Source: an uncultured virus (IMG/VR IMGVR_UViG_3300025695_000009)
Taxonomy: Duplodnaviria; Heunggongvirae; Uroviricota; Caudoviricetes
Strand: one strand, 5' to 3'
Virus record (IMG/VR): IMGVR_UViG_3300025695_000009
Length of the DNA stretch: 64,000 nucleotides
Shown: positions 1 to 9,895 of the stretch, piece by piece
Layout of the letters: every line of letters begins with the position of its first letter
Numbering within the stretch: position 1 is the stretch's first letter
The notes under the pieces: model-generated
What the model was told of the DNA's origin: nothing
The model's database searches: none
The model's input: only the letters and a program-made list of their open reading frames with translations
Position numbers and translations under genes: made by a program

Positions 1-54
1 ATACTTTCTTCCCCTTTTTCATATACTTTTTACTCTAAATATTTATACTTTAAT

Positions 55-825
55 ATGAGAATTATATACAGTTTCAATACATCAGTTGAGGACGACGACC
101 TTTACTATAAAGGCATCAATTTAGAACATAACTTTTTGTATTACGAATTATCGATTAGACTATGTCGACAATATTACCCTGTGACGTTATATACTGACGA
201 ATACGGGGCTAGTCGATTGGGACACTTAGTAGATGAGGTAAAACTATTAAAGAAAGACCCTGATAATTACATTTGGAGTGAACCAAAGTTTGAAGCAATA
301 AGTAATGAGTCTGGGGAATTTTTACACGTAGATGGGGACTTATTTATTAGTAGACCTTTCAAATTAAATGACTCTGACGTTTATTATGACTACACAGAAA
401 CTACGTTATATGAGTATTACTATAAAGATAACTTAAAAAACTTTACTGATTACGGGATTGGTGAAGTATTCCCTGAATGGTCCAGTGAATATTTAGGGGC
501 GTTCAATATTGGGATTTTAGGGTTTAAAACGGATGAAATAAAAAATATCTATTTAGATAGGTATTATAAAATGAAAGAATGGTATTATAACGTATTTCCG
601 AATAAGGAGATTTATTCCCGTATACCGAGTATGACATTAGGGGAGCATAGTCTATCGTGTCTATCCAATTATTATGGGTGGAAGTCGACCCCATTATATG
701 ATGAAAATCAATACTTACACATGTACGGTGGTCGTAAACATTTAGACATGTTCCATAAATTCGTTGGGGCTTACTTAGCAAGTAGAGAGTTTAAAACGTA
801 TAAAGACAATGGACATAATTTCTAA
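55..825 (+). CDS. glycosyltransferase-like protein (DUF6734-like); paralog of 29545..30435
   Basis: LYTD...W..K...FLHVDGDLF (DxD) and NIGILG motifs shared with 29545..30435; TATTTAT at 40-46. Confidence 0.55.
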   Translation: MRIIYSFNTSVEDDDLYYKGINLEHNFLYYELSIRLCRQYYPVTLYTDEYGASRLGHLVDEVKLLKKDPDNYIWSEPKFEAISNESGEFLHVDGDLFISRPFKLNDSDVYYDYTETTLYEYYYKDNLKNFTDYGIGEVFPEWSSEYLGAFNIGILGFKTDEIKNIYLDRYYKMKEWYYNVFPNKEIYSRIPSMTLGEHSLSCLSNYYGWKSTPLYDENQYLHMYGGRKHLDMFHKFVGAYLASREFKTYKDNGHNF

Positions 826-1288
826 CAACCATTTAGAAACTATTAGGGAAATAAATACGATAACTAATAACCAAGTTTTTTACGGAGGTAGTTTAGAGGA
901 TTATTTTTTATTAGGAGGGTCTGATAAACCAATAGGGGATTTAGATGTTTTAATTTATAATCCTGACCTTATTAATATATTTAGTAATCGATATTCATTA
1001 ACAAATCCTAAAGGGTCGTATTTCAACAGGTTTATGGGTGAAAAATTCACAAAATACAATACATACATCAATGACATTAAAATCGATTTTTTGTTATCGC
1101 ATAGTGAATTAGATGAAAATAACTTTACAGAATCTATTTTCGATTCAGTGGTTGTCCCTCATAGAACATTACTATTTAAACGTACGATATTAATGGAGTG
1201 GATAGAAAAATCAGTTCCTAATGATATGTGGGCTCATGATAAGTTCTCTAAAATATTAAAAAAATATGAGGGTCTTAATAGTATGTAA
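809..1288 (+). CDS. nucleotidyltransferase-fold protein
   Basis: YGGSL...GDLDVL (GS/DxD) motif plus later IDF strand. Confidence 0.5.
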   Translation: MDIISNNHLETIREINTITNNQVFYGGSLEDYFLLGGSDKPIGDLDVLIYNPDLINIFSNRYSLTNPKGSYFNRFMGEKFTKYNTYINDIKIDFLLSHSELDENNFTESIFDSVVVPHRTLLFKRTILMEWIEKSVPNDMWAHDKFSKILKKYEGLNSM

Positions 1289-1793
1289 TTCAAGGTGTGG
1301 TTCGACAAACTTAATGAAGTCAATATCTTCATACTACGAGATACCTTACTTATTTGAACCTTTTACCAAACAAAAAGAAATACCAATGTATGGTGATGTG
1401 GTAGTAAAGAGTCTGATTAACCATAGTACGGTATCTAACTATATTGAACTTTCTAAACACTTTGATAAAGTGATTTTACTTAGTCGTAGAGACATTATTG
1501 GAATGTCTGAATCATTATATTGGGTTTCTAAAACATGGGAAAAGAATGGTTATAAAAAGGACGGTGAGTATCATTTATCGGAATATGAGTTTAATGAAGG
1601 AATTGATGTTACTGAAAAAGATTTATATAATAAAGTAGTTGATAGGATTAATATGTTGAAAAGTTTATCTAACGAATTAAATATTCCAATAGATTACTAT
1701 GAAGACATTTTTTATAAGGATAAAAAACTAATCGATACCGAAATTGGATTGGATTTAAAGTATTTAGACAATAGTCTTAAACTTAGGAAATAA
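1266..1793 (+). CDS. sulfotransferase-like P-loop protein
   Basis: N-terminal NSRCGSTNL loop, FEPF, VILLSRRD, YYEDI. Confidence 0.6.
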   Translation: MRVLIVCNSRCGSTNLMKSISSYYEIPYLFEPFTKQKEIPMYGDVVVKSLINHSTVSNYIELSKHFDKVILLSRRDIIGMSESLYWVSKTWEKNGYKKDGEYHLSEYEFNEGIDVTEKDLYNKVVDRINMLKSLSNELNIPIDYYEDIFYKDKKLIDTEIGLDLKYLDNSLKLRK

Positions 1794-1807
1794 TGTCTAT
1801 TAAAAAC

Positions 1808-1830
1808 AAAAGAGGACCAAGTCCTCTTTT
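1808..1830. terminator. bidirectional intrinsic terminator
   Basis: AAAAGAGGAC-CAA-GTCCTCTTTT inverted repeat after stop at 1793. Confidence 0.75.
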
Positions 1831-1900
1831 GATAGATAATTTCACCCCCCTTTCTATTAAATGTTATGGATAACATCCTTTTGAATCTGTTTTGATTCTA
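1808..1900 (-). ncRNA. candidate late small RNA carrying an extended SD-like sequence
   Basis: TATTTAT (1904-1910, minus) upstream; two hairpins; TAGAAAGGGGGGTGA at 1842-1856; terminator at 3' end. Confidence 0.35.
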
Positions 1901-1949
1901 ATTATAAATATCTTACATTTACATAAAATAACACTTTTAGAAATAAAAT

Positions 1950-2420
1950 ATGTCCATTATTAATGAATTAACTTTCAGAAAATTATCTGACAAAAAACCT
2001 GTAGATTTGGGTGAGTATGTAATAAATTACCTGTTAGATAACCCTGGTACTGATATTTATGTGGGTTGTGATTCTCAAAATCATAAACACGGAACCATTT
2101 ATGCGACTGTCGTGGTTTTACATAAAAATAACAAAGGGGGTCACGTATTGTATACAAAAGAACTTTTACCTAAGGTTCTGAATAATTTTAACAAACTATG
2201 GGGTGAAGTGGATAGGAGTATAAGACTCGCCACGGACTTAAATCATAATTTTGGTGTACCTATTAAGTGTGTTGATTTAGACTTAAATCCTGACCCTAAA
2301 TACCGTTCCAGTCAGGTATTACCAGCTGCAGTTGGGTATGTTGAGTCTATGGGATTTACCCCGAGAGTTAAACCTCAGGAGTTATGGGCTATCTCTGCGG
2401 CAGATTCTATATGTAAGTAA
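1950..2420 (+). CDS. RNase H-like YkuK family protein (DUF458-like)
   Basis: IYVGCDSQ, ATVVVLH, KGG, EV..SI, DLDLN, AAD motifs. Confidence 0.75.
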   Translation: MSIINELTFRKLSDKKPVDLGEYVINYLLDNPGTDIYVGCDSQNHKHGTIYATVVVLHKNNKGGHVLYTKELLPKVLNNFNKLWGEVDRSIRLATDLNHNFGVPIKCVDLDLNPDPKYRSSQVLPAAVGYVESMGFTPRVKPQELWAISAADSICK

Positions 2421-2431
2421 TATTTATTATT

Positions 2432-3109
2432 ATGGGTAAGAATATAATAATAACAGAAAAGCAACTTATAGAGATTGCTAAAACACAAATAAATGATGGT
2501 CGTCTTTTAGACTCCATCAAGTCAGAACTTAAGGCGTTTAAAGATGACCTTAAAGAATTATACGATATAGAGAATTATAGTAAGGAAATATTTACCTTCT
2601 TAGATAATTTAAGATTATCGGGTATTACCAATATGTTTGGTGCTTCACCATTCCTGTATTCAGGTAAACAATGGATTGAGAACTACGCAAGGTTAAACTC
2701 ACCACATCTATTCGACGATGACGAATCTTTTGGAGAAATGCAAGAATCTTACCAAGAAGTGATTGACGAGGCGGATAATATGAAAAACATTATGATTAAT
2801 ATTTGTATTGACCGTGGTGATGTGGATTATGATAATATAAGTAGAGAAGTAACTAAAGTATCATCAAGCATGGTTAAACTATGGATGAAGCACTTCAGTT
2901 CTGAATTAGGTAAAAAAGTACGCAATGAAAGTGAATCTATGGAAGAGGGTGAGAATGTTGTATGTAACAACTGTGGACACTCATGGGAAATAGTTTTACC
3001 CGATGAAGACCCACTATTGTGTCATATGTGTGGTTTTGATGAAAAAGACCAAAGTTTTAAAGTAGAGAAAGTCACAGACTTTTGGACAAATAAAAAAGGA
3101 GATAATTAA
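2432..3109 (+). CDS. hypothetical late protein with C-terminal zinc ribbon
   Basis: MGKNIIITEKQL N-terminus; LRLSGITNMFGA motif; CNNC/CHMC; TATTTAT at 2421-2427. Confidence 0.7.
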   Translation: MGKNIIITEKQLIEIAKTQINDGRLLDSIKSELKAFKDDLKELYDIENYSKEIFTFLDNLRLSGITNMFGASPFLYSGKQWIENYARLNSPHLFDDDESFGEMQESYQEVIDEADNMKNIMINICIDRGDVDYDNISREVTKVSSSMVKLWMKHFSSELGKKVRNESESMEEGENVVCNNCGHSWEIVLPDEDPLLCHMCGFDEKDQSFKVEKVTDFWTNKKGDN

Positions 3110-3123
3110 TTATCTCCTTTTTT
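3092..3123. terminator. bidirectional intrinsic terminator
   Basis: AAAAAAGGAGATAATT/AATTATCTCCTTTTTT palindrome between convergent genes. Confidence 0.8.
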
Positions 3124-3152
3124 TATACTCAAACAATAATCCCTAATTTTAT

Positions 3153-3791
3153 TTAAGCTCCAGCTAATGGAGAATTTGCAATATTATTTTTTAATCCGTC
3201 AGCCGCTCCACAAACAACATCTGATACCTTCATAGATATTTTGTTTATAAACGCTGAGTTCTCAATAAATGATTTATCTAACTCCTGTCTAATTGTATCA
3301 ATAAATATACTATCTAATTTTAATTTCGATAACATAGATGTTAAAACAAATTCAAAGAATCCTAAGACTAATATTTTAGTCATCTTTGCACAGTTTGTAA
3401 TTGTTGACATAATCTCCATAAGAGGTATATCTGCGAATGTTACCTGTACGTAAGTTCTTAATGAAGAATATAGTCCCTCATCAGCACCAAGTCTAGTTAC
3501 TAATGGTTTAACGAACCAATCCATAACTTTACCAATCGCCCATTCCTTTAATTGTTCAGATACGTTACCACCTAAACCACCTAATAGATTACCAAAAAAA
3601 TCAAATAACCCTTCATTTAGGTTATCTTCACCATTAAATGATTCTCTTAATATAAATGTACCTAATTTATCTATGTTTACATTTGATTCGTTAATGTCTT
3701 TAAACTCATTATTAAATCTCTGCTCTATAGTTGAATTTTTCTTATTATATAAATCAACTAGTTCACTATGTATCGCTTCTCTTAATTTCAT
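3153..3791 (-). CDS. hypothetical protein, possibly virion-internal
   Basis: 212-aa ORF; INES/LRES/LNEG sites followed by amphipathic GLFDFFGNLLGG. Confidence 0.7.
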   Translation of the reverse strand: MKLREAIHSELVDLYNKKNSTIEQRFNNEFKDINESNVNIDKLGTFILRESFNGEDNLNEGLFDFFGNLLGGLGGNVSEQLKEWAIGKVMDWFVKPLVTRLGADEGLYSSLRTYVQVTFADIPLMEIMSTITNCAKMTKILVLGFFEFVLTSMLSKLKLDSIFIDTIRQELDKSFIENSAFINKISMKVSDVVCGAADGLKNNIANSPLAGA

Positions 3792-3792
3792 A

Positions 3793-5604
3793 TTATTCTT
3801 CCTTTTTTATAAATACGTATAATTTATTTTTAGACATAAACTTATTTCTAGCCTTATCTAAGTACCAATCACCACCGTAGACACTCTCTAATTCAATTTC
3901 AATGTCACTAATGATATCAGTAATATCTTCATTTGCCACGTAGACTACTTTTGAATCGTCTGAAGTGATTCTAACTTTCTTAATCCTTTTAGCATCGATT
4001 TTTAGTTCATTATTTGATTTAGCGACTGCATCGTCACCAATTTCGTCAACTGCATCAATTTCTATAGGTGTAGGTTCTTCAATCTTAGTAACGACATCAA
4101 TAACCTTTTCCTCTTTTTCCGCTTGTTTTTCAAAGTTGGTTTTACCACTGGATGTAAACGTAAGCATTTTCTTATCAATTGATTCAATAGCCTTTTCAGC
4201 GTATATGTCCTCCTCGCTTTTCATATACTCCTCTGTGGTAACCGTTTTACGTAGAAGGGTACTAACACCTAATGAACATACTTGAGCTCTTCTCTTATCG
4301 TCATTTACTAGTGTTTCACTCGCTCCTTTTTCAACCATAAATAACTTAAGTTTATCCGTATTAGGAGTATCACTTACTTCTTCAGGTTTCGTTGTTGTTG
4401 TATCTGTAGTTGTATCGTTTTGATTTGTTTCAGGTTCCGTTGTTGTATCTGTAGTTGTATCGTTTTGATTTGTTTCAGGTTCCGTTGTTGTATCTGGGTC
4501 TTTTTTAGTAGGTTTCCCATTTACCGCAATGTCGAGTTTACTAAATAGTTCTGGTGTAATAGTATAACTAACTTCTCCGAACTTAACAGTTATTGGGGTA
4601 TCACTCGTCTGTTCGTTAAGTCCTCCAAATTCCATATCCGAAGCATTATCTCCACCACCACAAGTTATATTTGTAGTAGTCCCTAGTGGGGTTCTTATAT
4701 CGCTCTTATGATAGAAACTACCACTTAACTTTCCTTCCTTATTTAAATAAGTGACCGTAATTATACCATTACTTTCTTTCTTTACTGCGATATCCATACC
4801 TGACTTTAACTTTTTAAACTCATATTTTGCAGTCTTATAACACGGTAAGTTAATTGCCATATAGGTCTCTAACTCACTTTGAATATCACCATCTTCTTTC
4901 TTAGTCTCAATGACATTTGCGATATCGGCAACAAAGGTAGCTAATTTCGATGTTTCCCAATCACCATCTAACCTATCGGTATTCCAAAAGGCCGTGAAAG
5001 ATTTACCTGACTCAAAAAACTCAACTAAGAAGTTTTGAATTTCTTCCGATTTATCATTCGATATGATATTAAAACTATCTGAACTTTCAATCTTTGATGC
5101 GACAAACTCGGCAACATCATCTATATTGTTCTCTTCCATATGGTCAGACCACATGTCTTCATAATTAAAAGACCCACCTTTAAATCTTTTAAAAATACCA
5201 TATGTGAGAGATTCAAGACCTTCCCATAGTTCAAACCCTTTACCTTCACCATCAATAATACTTCCACTCTCAACTCCTTGAATAAAGTTACTTAGTATAA
5301 TTAATAAATTGTATATTGAAGTATTTGTTTGTAGTTTATCGTGTTGAGCCACAAATAATTTGGACGTACTTTTCACTACATCGTCTAACTTACCCCTAAA
5401 AGGTCCTGGTTGTAGTATTTTTTCTTGACTAGCTTTATCTACTAAATATGGTATTCCGTTTGATACCATCGTTTTAAGTCCGTCAAACGCACTACCAATA
5501 CCATCGGCAATTGTACCTAAAACGGTCTCGTCTTGTTCAGAAATTGTAAAGTCAGAACGTTCTATTTTTTCAATTAAATTTAATATTCTCTGTGTTTCTT
5601 TCAT
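3793..5604 (-). CDS. large hypothetical protein with Thr-rich repeat, possibly virion-associated
   Basis: 603-aa ORF coupled to neighbours; ISEQ and LNEQ sites. Confidence 0.75.
   Translation of the reverse strand: MKETQRILNLIEKIERSDFTISEQDETVLGTIADGIGSAFDGLKTMVSNGIPYLVDKASQEKILQPGPFRGKLDDVVKSTSKLFVAQHDKLQTNTSIYNLLIILSNFIQGVESGSIIDGEGKGFELWEGLESLTYGIFKRFKGGSFNYEDMWSDHMEENNIDDVAEFVASKIESSDSFNIISNDKSEEIQNFLVEFFESGKSFTAFWNTDRLDGDWETSKLATFVADIANVIETKKEDGDIQSELETYMAINLPCYKTAKYEFKKLKSGMDIAVKKESNGIITVTYLNKEGKLSGSFYHKSDIRTPLGTTTNITCGGGDNASDMEFGGLNEQTSDTPITVKFGEVSYTITPELFSKLDIAVNGKPTKKDPDTTTEPETNQNDTTTDTTTEPETNQNDTTTDTTTTKPEEVSDTPNTDKLKLFMVEKGASETLVNDDKRRAQVCSLGVSTLLRKTVTTEEYMKSEEDIYAEKAIESIDKKMLTFTSSGKTNFEKQAEKEEKVIDVVTKIEEPTPIEIDAVDEIGDDAVAKSNNELKIDAKRIKKVRITSDDSKVVYVANEDITDIISDIEIELESVYGGDWYLDKARNKFMSKNKLYVFIKKEE
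4394..4496. repeat. 45-nt in-frame tandem repeat (2.3 copies, EPETNQNDTTTDTTT)
   Basis: GTTGTTGTATCTGTAGTTGTATCGTTTTGATTTGTTTCAGGTTCC repeated directly. Confidence 0.95.
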
Positions 5605-6866
5605 TACATTTTTCTTTTTTTACCTACCATATCATGAGTTGGTTTATATTTACTCTTCTTCTTGTCCAATATCTCAATATCCTTATCTCTACTGTACTCT
5701 TCATCCGATTTGTAATCTTTTAGTGTTGTGGCAGTTATAAACGATGCTCCTGATTTTTTTAAATAACTAAAAAATCCTCTAGTATCCTTTACCACTGATG
5801 GGTCCACTGTCCTTAAGAATCTTTCGGTTCTTTGTTTAAATGAAGAACCTTTAAGGAAATCGTCAAAAGACTTATGTCCGTTAACCATAACTAAATTAGC
5901 GAACTCTCTTTGTAGTTCTTTGTTTGTTGACAAAACATTTTTTCCTTTAATGTTTAGATTTTTACTTGCTTCGTATAGAATACTATTTAAATTTAAATTT
6001 TTAGATAAAGGTCCGTTTGTCATTTCTTTTACTAAGTGATTTTTAAACATGTCCTGAGTCGCGTAAAACGCTCTTTGTCTGTTCTTTTTAAATAATCTAC
6101 TACCAGCGGGTAGTAAAATCCTACCCTGTTTAGTTAACTTATTTGACGGAATTTGTTTTATTAGTTTAGAAGCTACCGATTTAGCACCGCTCTTAGTTGA
6201 GGTTTTCTTACCTAAACCAAGGATGAACTTCTCAAGTCGATTCAACAGTTTAATACCCTCCTTTGATAATACATCATCGATTTTTGTAAAAGGGATTATA
6301 GCAATGGCCCTTATAAGTCCACGTAATATATCAAATCCCGATTTTATATATTTAGTGCTTTTATTGATAACGTTTATTACGGGGTCGAATATGTCTTTAT
6401 AGTTTTTAAGTGTTGAGGTAACTGCATCCCCACCTTTTTGAATCGTCTCCATTATTTTAGATAATGCCCCAACAGGCATCATTTTAAAAACGGATTTAAG
6501 GGGGATAGCGATAGCAGAACCCACAACAGGTATAACTGCAATTAGGGATAAAAGACCGTTAGTTGCGTGAGGAACCCACTTACCCTCGAAGGATGCTCTT
6601 ATAAATGAAATAATTGCGTTTATAACATCAAGTGCGTCTCCAACGACTGGTATGATACCTGCATAGTCTAAAACGGTTTGAACACCATCCAACCACTTTT
6701 GTTCATTTATTTCTTCTTCACTTATTAACCCTCCTTTATTTTTGGAGTAGTCAAAACCGTTAACTCTATTAAATTGTTGTTTTTCGGATAGTATGTGACT
6801 ATAATCTCCAATTCTTTTTATAGTCTCCTCTAAGGAGTATGTTAATTGTAATTCTGTATTTTTCAT
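5604..6866 (-). CDS. protein with pre-toxin-TG-like hydrophobic hairpin and basic C-terminus
   Basis: LDYAGIIPVVGDALDVINA...LIAVIPVVGSA after INEQ. Confidence 0.55.
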   Translation of the reverse strand: MKNTELQLTYSLEETIKRIGDYSHILSEKQQFNRVNGFDYSKNKGGLISEEEINEQKWLDGVQTVLDYAGIIPVVGDALDVINAIISFIRASFEGKWVPHATNGLLSLIAVIPVVGSAIAIPLKSVFKMMPVGALSKIMETIQKGGDAVTSTLKNYKDIFDPVINVINKSTKYIKSGFDILRGLIRAIAIIPFTKIDDVLSKEGIKLLNRLEKFILGLGKKTSTKSGAKSVASKLIKQIPSNKLTKQGRILLPAGSRLFKKNRQRAFYATQDMFKNHLVKEMTNGPLSKNLNLNSILYEASKNLNIKGKNVLSTNKELQREFANLVMVNGHKSFDDFLKGSSFKQRTERFLRTVDPSVVKDTRGFFSYLKKSGASFITATTLKDYKSDEEYSRDKDIEILDKKKSKYKPTHDMVGKKRKM

Positions 6867-6869
6867 ATA

Positions 6870-7082
6870 TTACGGTATTGGGTTCGCCTTACCTCTTGTT
6901 ATTTGAACAATTTCAGACCACTTAGTGACACCTACTCCATTGGCAGGTCCCCTTTGGACACCGGTCTCCCATTGTGGGTATGACGTGGTACCTTCACCCC
7001 CTTCCGCGTCTTGTTCGATTATATCGGATGCGTGATTGGTGGTTAATCTACTATATTGTTCTTTAGTTAATATAACTTTCAT
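6870..7082 (-). CDS. small hypothetical late protein
   Basis: MKVILTKEQY N-terminus; twofold W..G..RG.AN repeat; TATTTAT at 7087-7093. Confidence 0.7.
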   Translation of the reverse strand: MKVILTKEQYSRLTTNHASDIIEQDAEGGEGTTSYPQWETGVQRGPANGVGVTKWSEIVQITRGKANPIP

Positions 7083-7133
7083 CTATATAAATATTTAGAT
7101 ATACTAAAAAATATAGTTATAACCCTTAAAAGG

Positions 7134-7661
7134 TCAATTTACTTTAAGTGTACATTTTAAAGATACATTACCTATATCGGTTTTTTGACTTTTAACCTGT
7201 TTAAAAAACTTGATAAGTAAGTCGTCCCATATCTCCTCATACTGGTCCCTGTAAAGAATATTAATTTCTGAAGACATAATACTTAACTCTCCTTCCTTAT
7301 CATCATGACCCAAACCAAAGATACAATGACCTATTTCGTGGTAGACAATATATTTTAAAATGAACTCATCATTTATTTTGTCGTTTATATAGATATCCCT
7401 ATATTTGTAGAACAAATTGGCATCGGTAATACAAATACCTAAGTCATTATCGGACATAGTGTTTTTATTAAGATTGCTTAATCTAGGGTAATCAGTCATA
7501 TTAATCCCATGTGTTTTAGCGTCCTCAATAAAACCAACGTATATCGACAATAAATCCCTATCAACATTAGTCCCACGATGTCTTGGAGTACAAGAAATCA
7601 GAGTAAAAATTAGGAATATCGAAAAATAAAATTTATATTTGTACATAATTAAAATAGTCAA
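7134..7661 (-). CDS. zinc metallopeptidase lipoprotein (metzincin-like)
   Basis: HEIGHCIFGLGH (HExxHxxGxxH) plus SIM Met-turn; lipobox ISC; likely start 7646. Confidence 0.75.
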   Translation of the reverse strand: MTILIMYKYKFYFSIFLIFTLISCTPRHRGTNVDRDLLSIYVGFIEDAKTHGINMTDYPRLSNLNKNTMSDNDLGICITDANLFYKYRDIYINDKINDEFILKYIVYHEIGHCIFGLGHDDKEGELSIMSSEINILYRDQYEEIWDDLLIKFFKQVKSQKTDIGNVSLKCTLKVN

Positions 7662-7675
7662 TAAATAAATATCTT

Positions 7676-7900
7676 ATGAGTAGAATAAAAGAGTATCACA
7701 TCAACAATTTAACCAAAGAAGAAATCGAGATGGTTAGAAACATGTCAGTCATTCACGAAGAAGTGGAATTTGTGGAATCACAAATTGATGAAATAAGAAA
7801 TAAAATCATCAGTTTAAAGATAGAAACACCAAAAACGGTGGATAATAAACTTAAAATTCAAAAACTCCAACAAGAGTTAGATTCTATAATTAATGGTTAA
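7676..7900 (+). CDS. hypothetical coiled-coil protein
   Basis: 74-aa ORF overlapping next gene. Confidence 0.6.
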   Translation: MSRIKEYHINNLTKEEIEMVRNMSVIHEEVEFVESQIDEIRNKIISLKIETPKTVDNKLKIQKLQQELDSIING

Positions 7901-8261
7901 AAATAAAACTATATTCTGTGATATTGACGGAACAATATTCGAATACCGAAAGTTTGAGACATATACTTCGTCAACCCCAACACCAATTGAGGATGTGGTT
8001 GAAAAGATTAAAGAGTGGTTTGACAATGGTGAGCAAATTATTTTAACCACTGCAAGACCTGAGTATATGAGGTATCGTACAATGGAAGAGTTAAATATGT
8101 TTAATATACCATACACAACATTACTTATGGGTATCGGAAGAGGTCCTCGATACGTCATCAATGATATGGACCCAAACAAACCAGGAAAACGGGCAACAGG
8201 AATTAATTTAAAAAGAAATGAAGGATTTAAAGACATCAATTTATCGGTTTATAGTTTATAG
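7893..8261 (+). CDS. HAD-superfamily phosphatase
   Basis: FCDIDGT motif I, TTAR motif II, IND. Confidence 0.8.
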   Translation: MVKNKTIFCDIDGTIFEYRKFETYTSSTPTPIEDVVEKIKEWFDNGEQIILTTARPEYMRYRTMEELNMFNIPYTTLLMGIGRGPRYVINDMDPNKPGKRATGINLKRNEGFKDINLSVYSL

Positions 8262-8745
8262 TGTTCTAATACTCTCAACCTTAGGTTGTGAAGCGGAATA
8301 TGAGATGGAGACGTACCCAACACTTAGTGGGTCGTATAAAGTCGAGTTTATATCCGCAACAGGTCAAAACTTAATTACTGGTCAGGTTATAGATACTATG
8401 ATTGTCGCTGGTAGTTTTTCAATGAAAGACCCAATCGAACCTTTTGATATATTAGATATCGGTGAGAGAATTCATTTTACTAATAGTAACGTTTACGGAG
8501 GATACTACCTATCAAACTTAGGAGATGAATGGGAATATAACTTTCATTATTATGTTCATCGTGATTTAATTACAGGGGCGTATCGAAGAATTGAAATTGA
8601 TTACTTCAATACAAAAAGGGTTTTTACTATTGTTGCCGATGGAGTTGATTATCTGATACTATCGAGTTCAGGTCAATGGGAAGATGGTTCACCTGAAAAA
8701 ACTTTTACTAAGTTCACCATGCATTTAGAAAGAATCGGACCTTAA
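8218..8745 (+). CDS. putative lipoprotein (lipocalin-like beta fold)
   Basis: signal peptide with lipobox LGC; LSGSYKV motif. Confidence 0.6.
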   Translation: MKDLKTSIYRFIVYSVLILSTLGCEAEYEMETYPTLSGSYKVEFISATGQNLITGQVIDTMIVAGSFSMKDPIEPFDILDIGERIHFTNSNVYGGYYLSNLGDEWEYNFHYYVHRDLITGAYRRIEIDYFNTKRVFTIVADGVDYLILSSSGQWEDGSPEKTFTKFTMHLERIGP

Positions 8746-8758
8746 GTCCGATTTTTTT
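8733..8758 (+). terminator. intrinsic terminator
   Basis: AATCGGAC-CTTAA-GTCCGATT plus T-tract. Confidence 0.75.
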
Positions 8759-8760
8759 AT

Positions 8761-9213
8761 TTAGTTAGATACCGTACTTTCGTCGATATCATCAGGATTT
8801 ACACCTTCAGGGTAAATGTCATTACCTAATTTAGCGAACTTCTTAACTATTTCACCCGCTTTAGCATTTGCCTCATCTTCTATTGGACCTCCAACATCTG
8901 CAGGTTTCTCATCCAACTGACCATTTTCAAATTGCATGTGATGGGTCATTTCGTGAGCAATAGAACGAAGTATGTCTACTAATTGTCTGTCCCTACAATA
9001 CACTTTAATAGATGATTGTTCACCACCACCGTAGTTATACACTGCAGTCGTTTTAATACCATTCTTATCGTTTTGTAAGTTAACAGTAATTTCTTCTTTA
9101 ATACCTAACTCTCTCATCGTAAATTTGACAAAGTCCTCAATAAGTTTCTTATCGTTAGATTCAAACTGAGCTTGGTATTTAATTTCTTCCTTAAGTAGTG
9201 ATATAAACTTCAT
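8761..9213 (-). CDS. HExxH metallopeptidase-like late protein
   Basis: IAHEMTHHMQ...EDEANA; MKFISLLKEE propeptide; TATTTAT at 9218-9224. Confidence 0.7.
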   Translation of the reverse strand: MKFISLLKEEIKYQAQFESNDKKLIEDFVKFTMRELGIKEEITVNLQNDKNGIKTTAVYNYGGGEQSSIKVYCRDRQLVDILRSIAHEMTHHMQFENGQLDEKPADVGGPIEDEANAKAGEIVKKFAKLGNDIYPEGVNPDDIDESTVSN

Positions 9214-9224
9214 ACTAATAAATA

Positions 9225-9491
9225 CTACAAAATCTCTTCTTCGGGAACATCATTTTCATTAAATGATAAAAAATGTTCTAAGATGTCATAGATATAATCC
9301 TCGTCCTCTAAAATCTCTTCAACTGACATATCATCAATTAATGAAGGAAGTGGTAGATTAGATATAACACCTTCATTATCTAAATTTAATATTCGATAAC
9401 TAACCTCTGAGTCATTCTCTAAAGAGAATTGTATCGTAAGTTCTTCTGTGTCGACCTCATAATTAAAGTCGTAAATTTCTTTTATTTTCAT
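9225..9491 (-). CDS. acidic hypothetical protein
   Basis: ORF; start refined to MKIKEI to avoid overlap with divergent gene. Confidence 0.65.
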   Translation of the reverse strand: MKIKEIYDFNYEVDTEELTIQFSLENDSEVSYRILNLDNEGVISNLPLPSLIDDMSVEEILEDEDYIYDILEHFLSFNENDVPEEEIL

Positions 9492-9547
9492 ATTGTTAAA
9501 TATTACGTTATTTGATTTATTATAAATCTTATCGTATATTAAATACA

Positions 9548-9895
9548 ATGAAACTAACAAAAGTACGTGTAATTAATGAATGGTATGAGATAGATGGGTT
9601 TATACATATCGATTTTATGATGGATAAAGATTACCATAATCTCGACTATACTGATTCGCATGCTCGTATATTGAATGTGGATATTGATGAGTTCAGACAA
9701 TATATTGACGGTATGGGATTATTAGAAACCACCCAAGATAGATGGGACTATGGTTCAGAATCTCATTATACCATTGATAGTGTTATGGATTTTGACGAAT
9801 GGATGGATAACTATATGGATGACCAAATAGTTAGACAATACGTTTTAGATTATATGAAGGAGGGTAATACCCCCGACTTAATGGTATTAGATTAA
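9548..9895 (+). CDS. acidic hypothetical protein
   Basis: ORF; start refined to MKLTK. Confidence 0.65.
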   Translation: MKLTKVRVINEWYEIDGFIHIDFMMDKDYHNLDYTDSHARILNVDIDEFRQYIDGMGLLETTQDRWDYGSESHYTIDSVMDFDEWMDNYMDDQIVRQYVLDYMKEGNTPDLMVLD

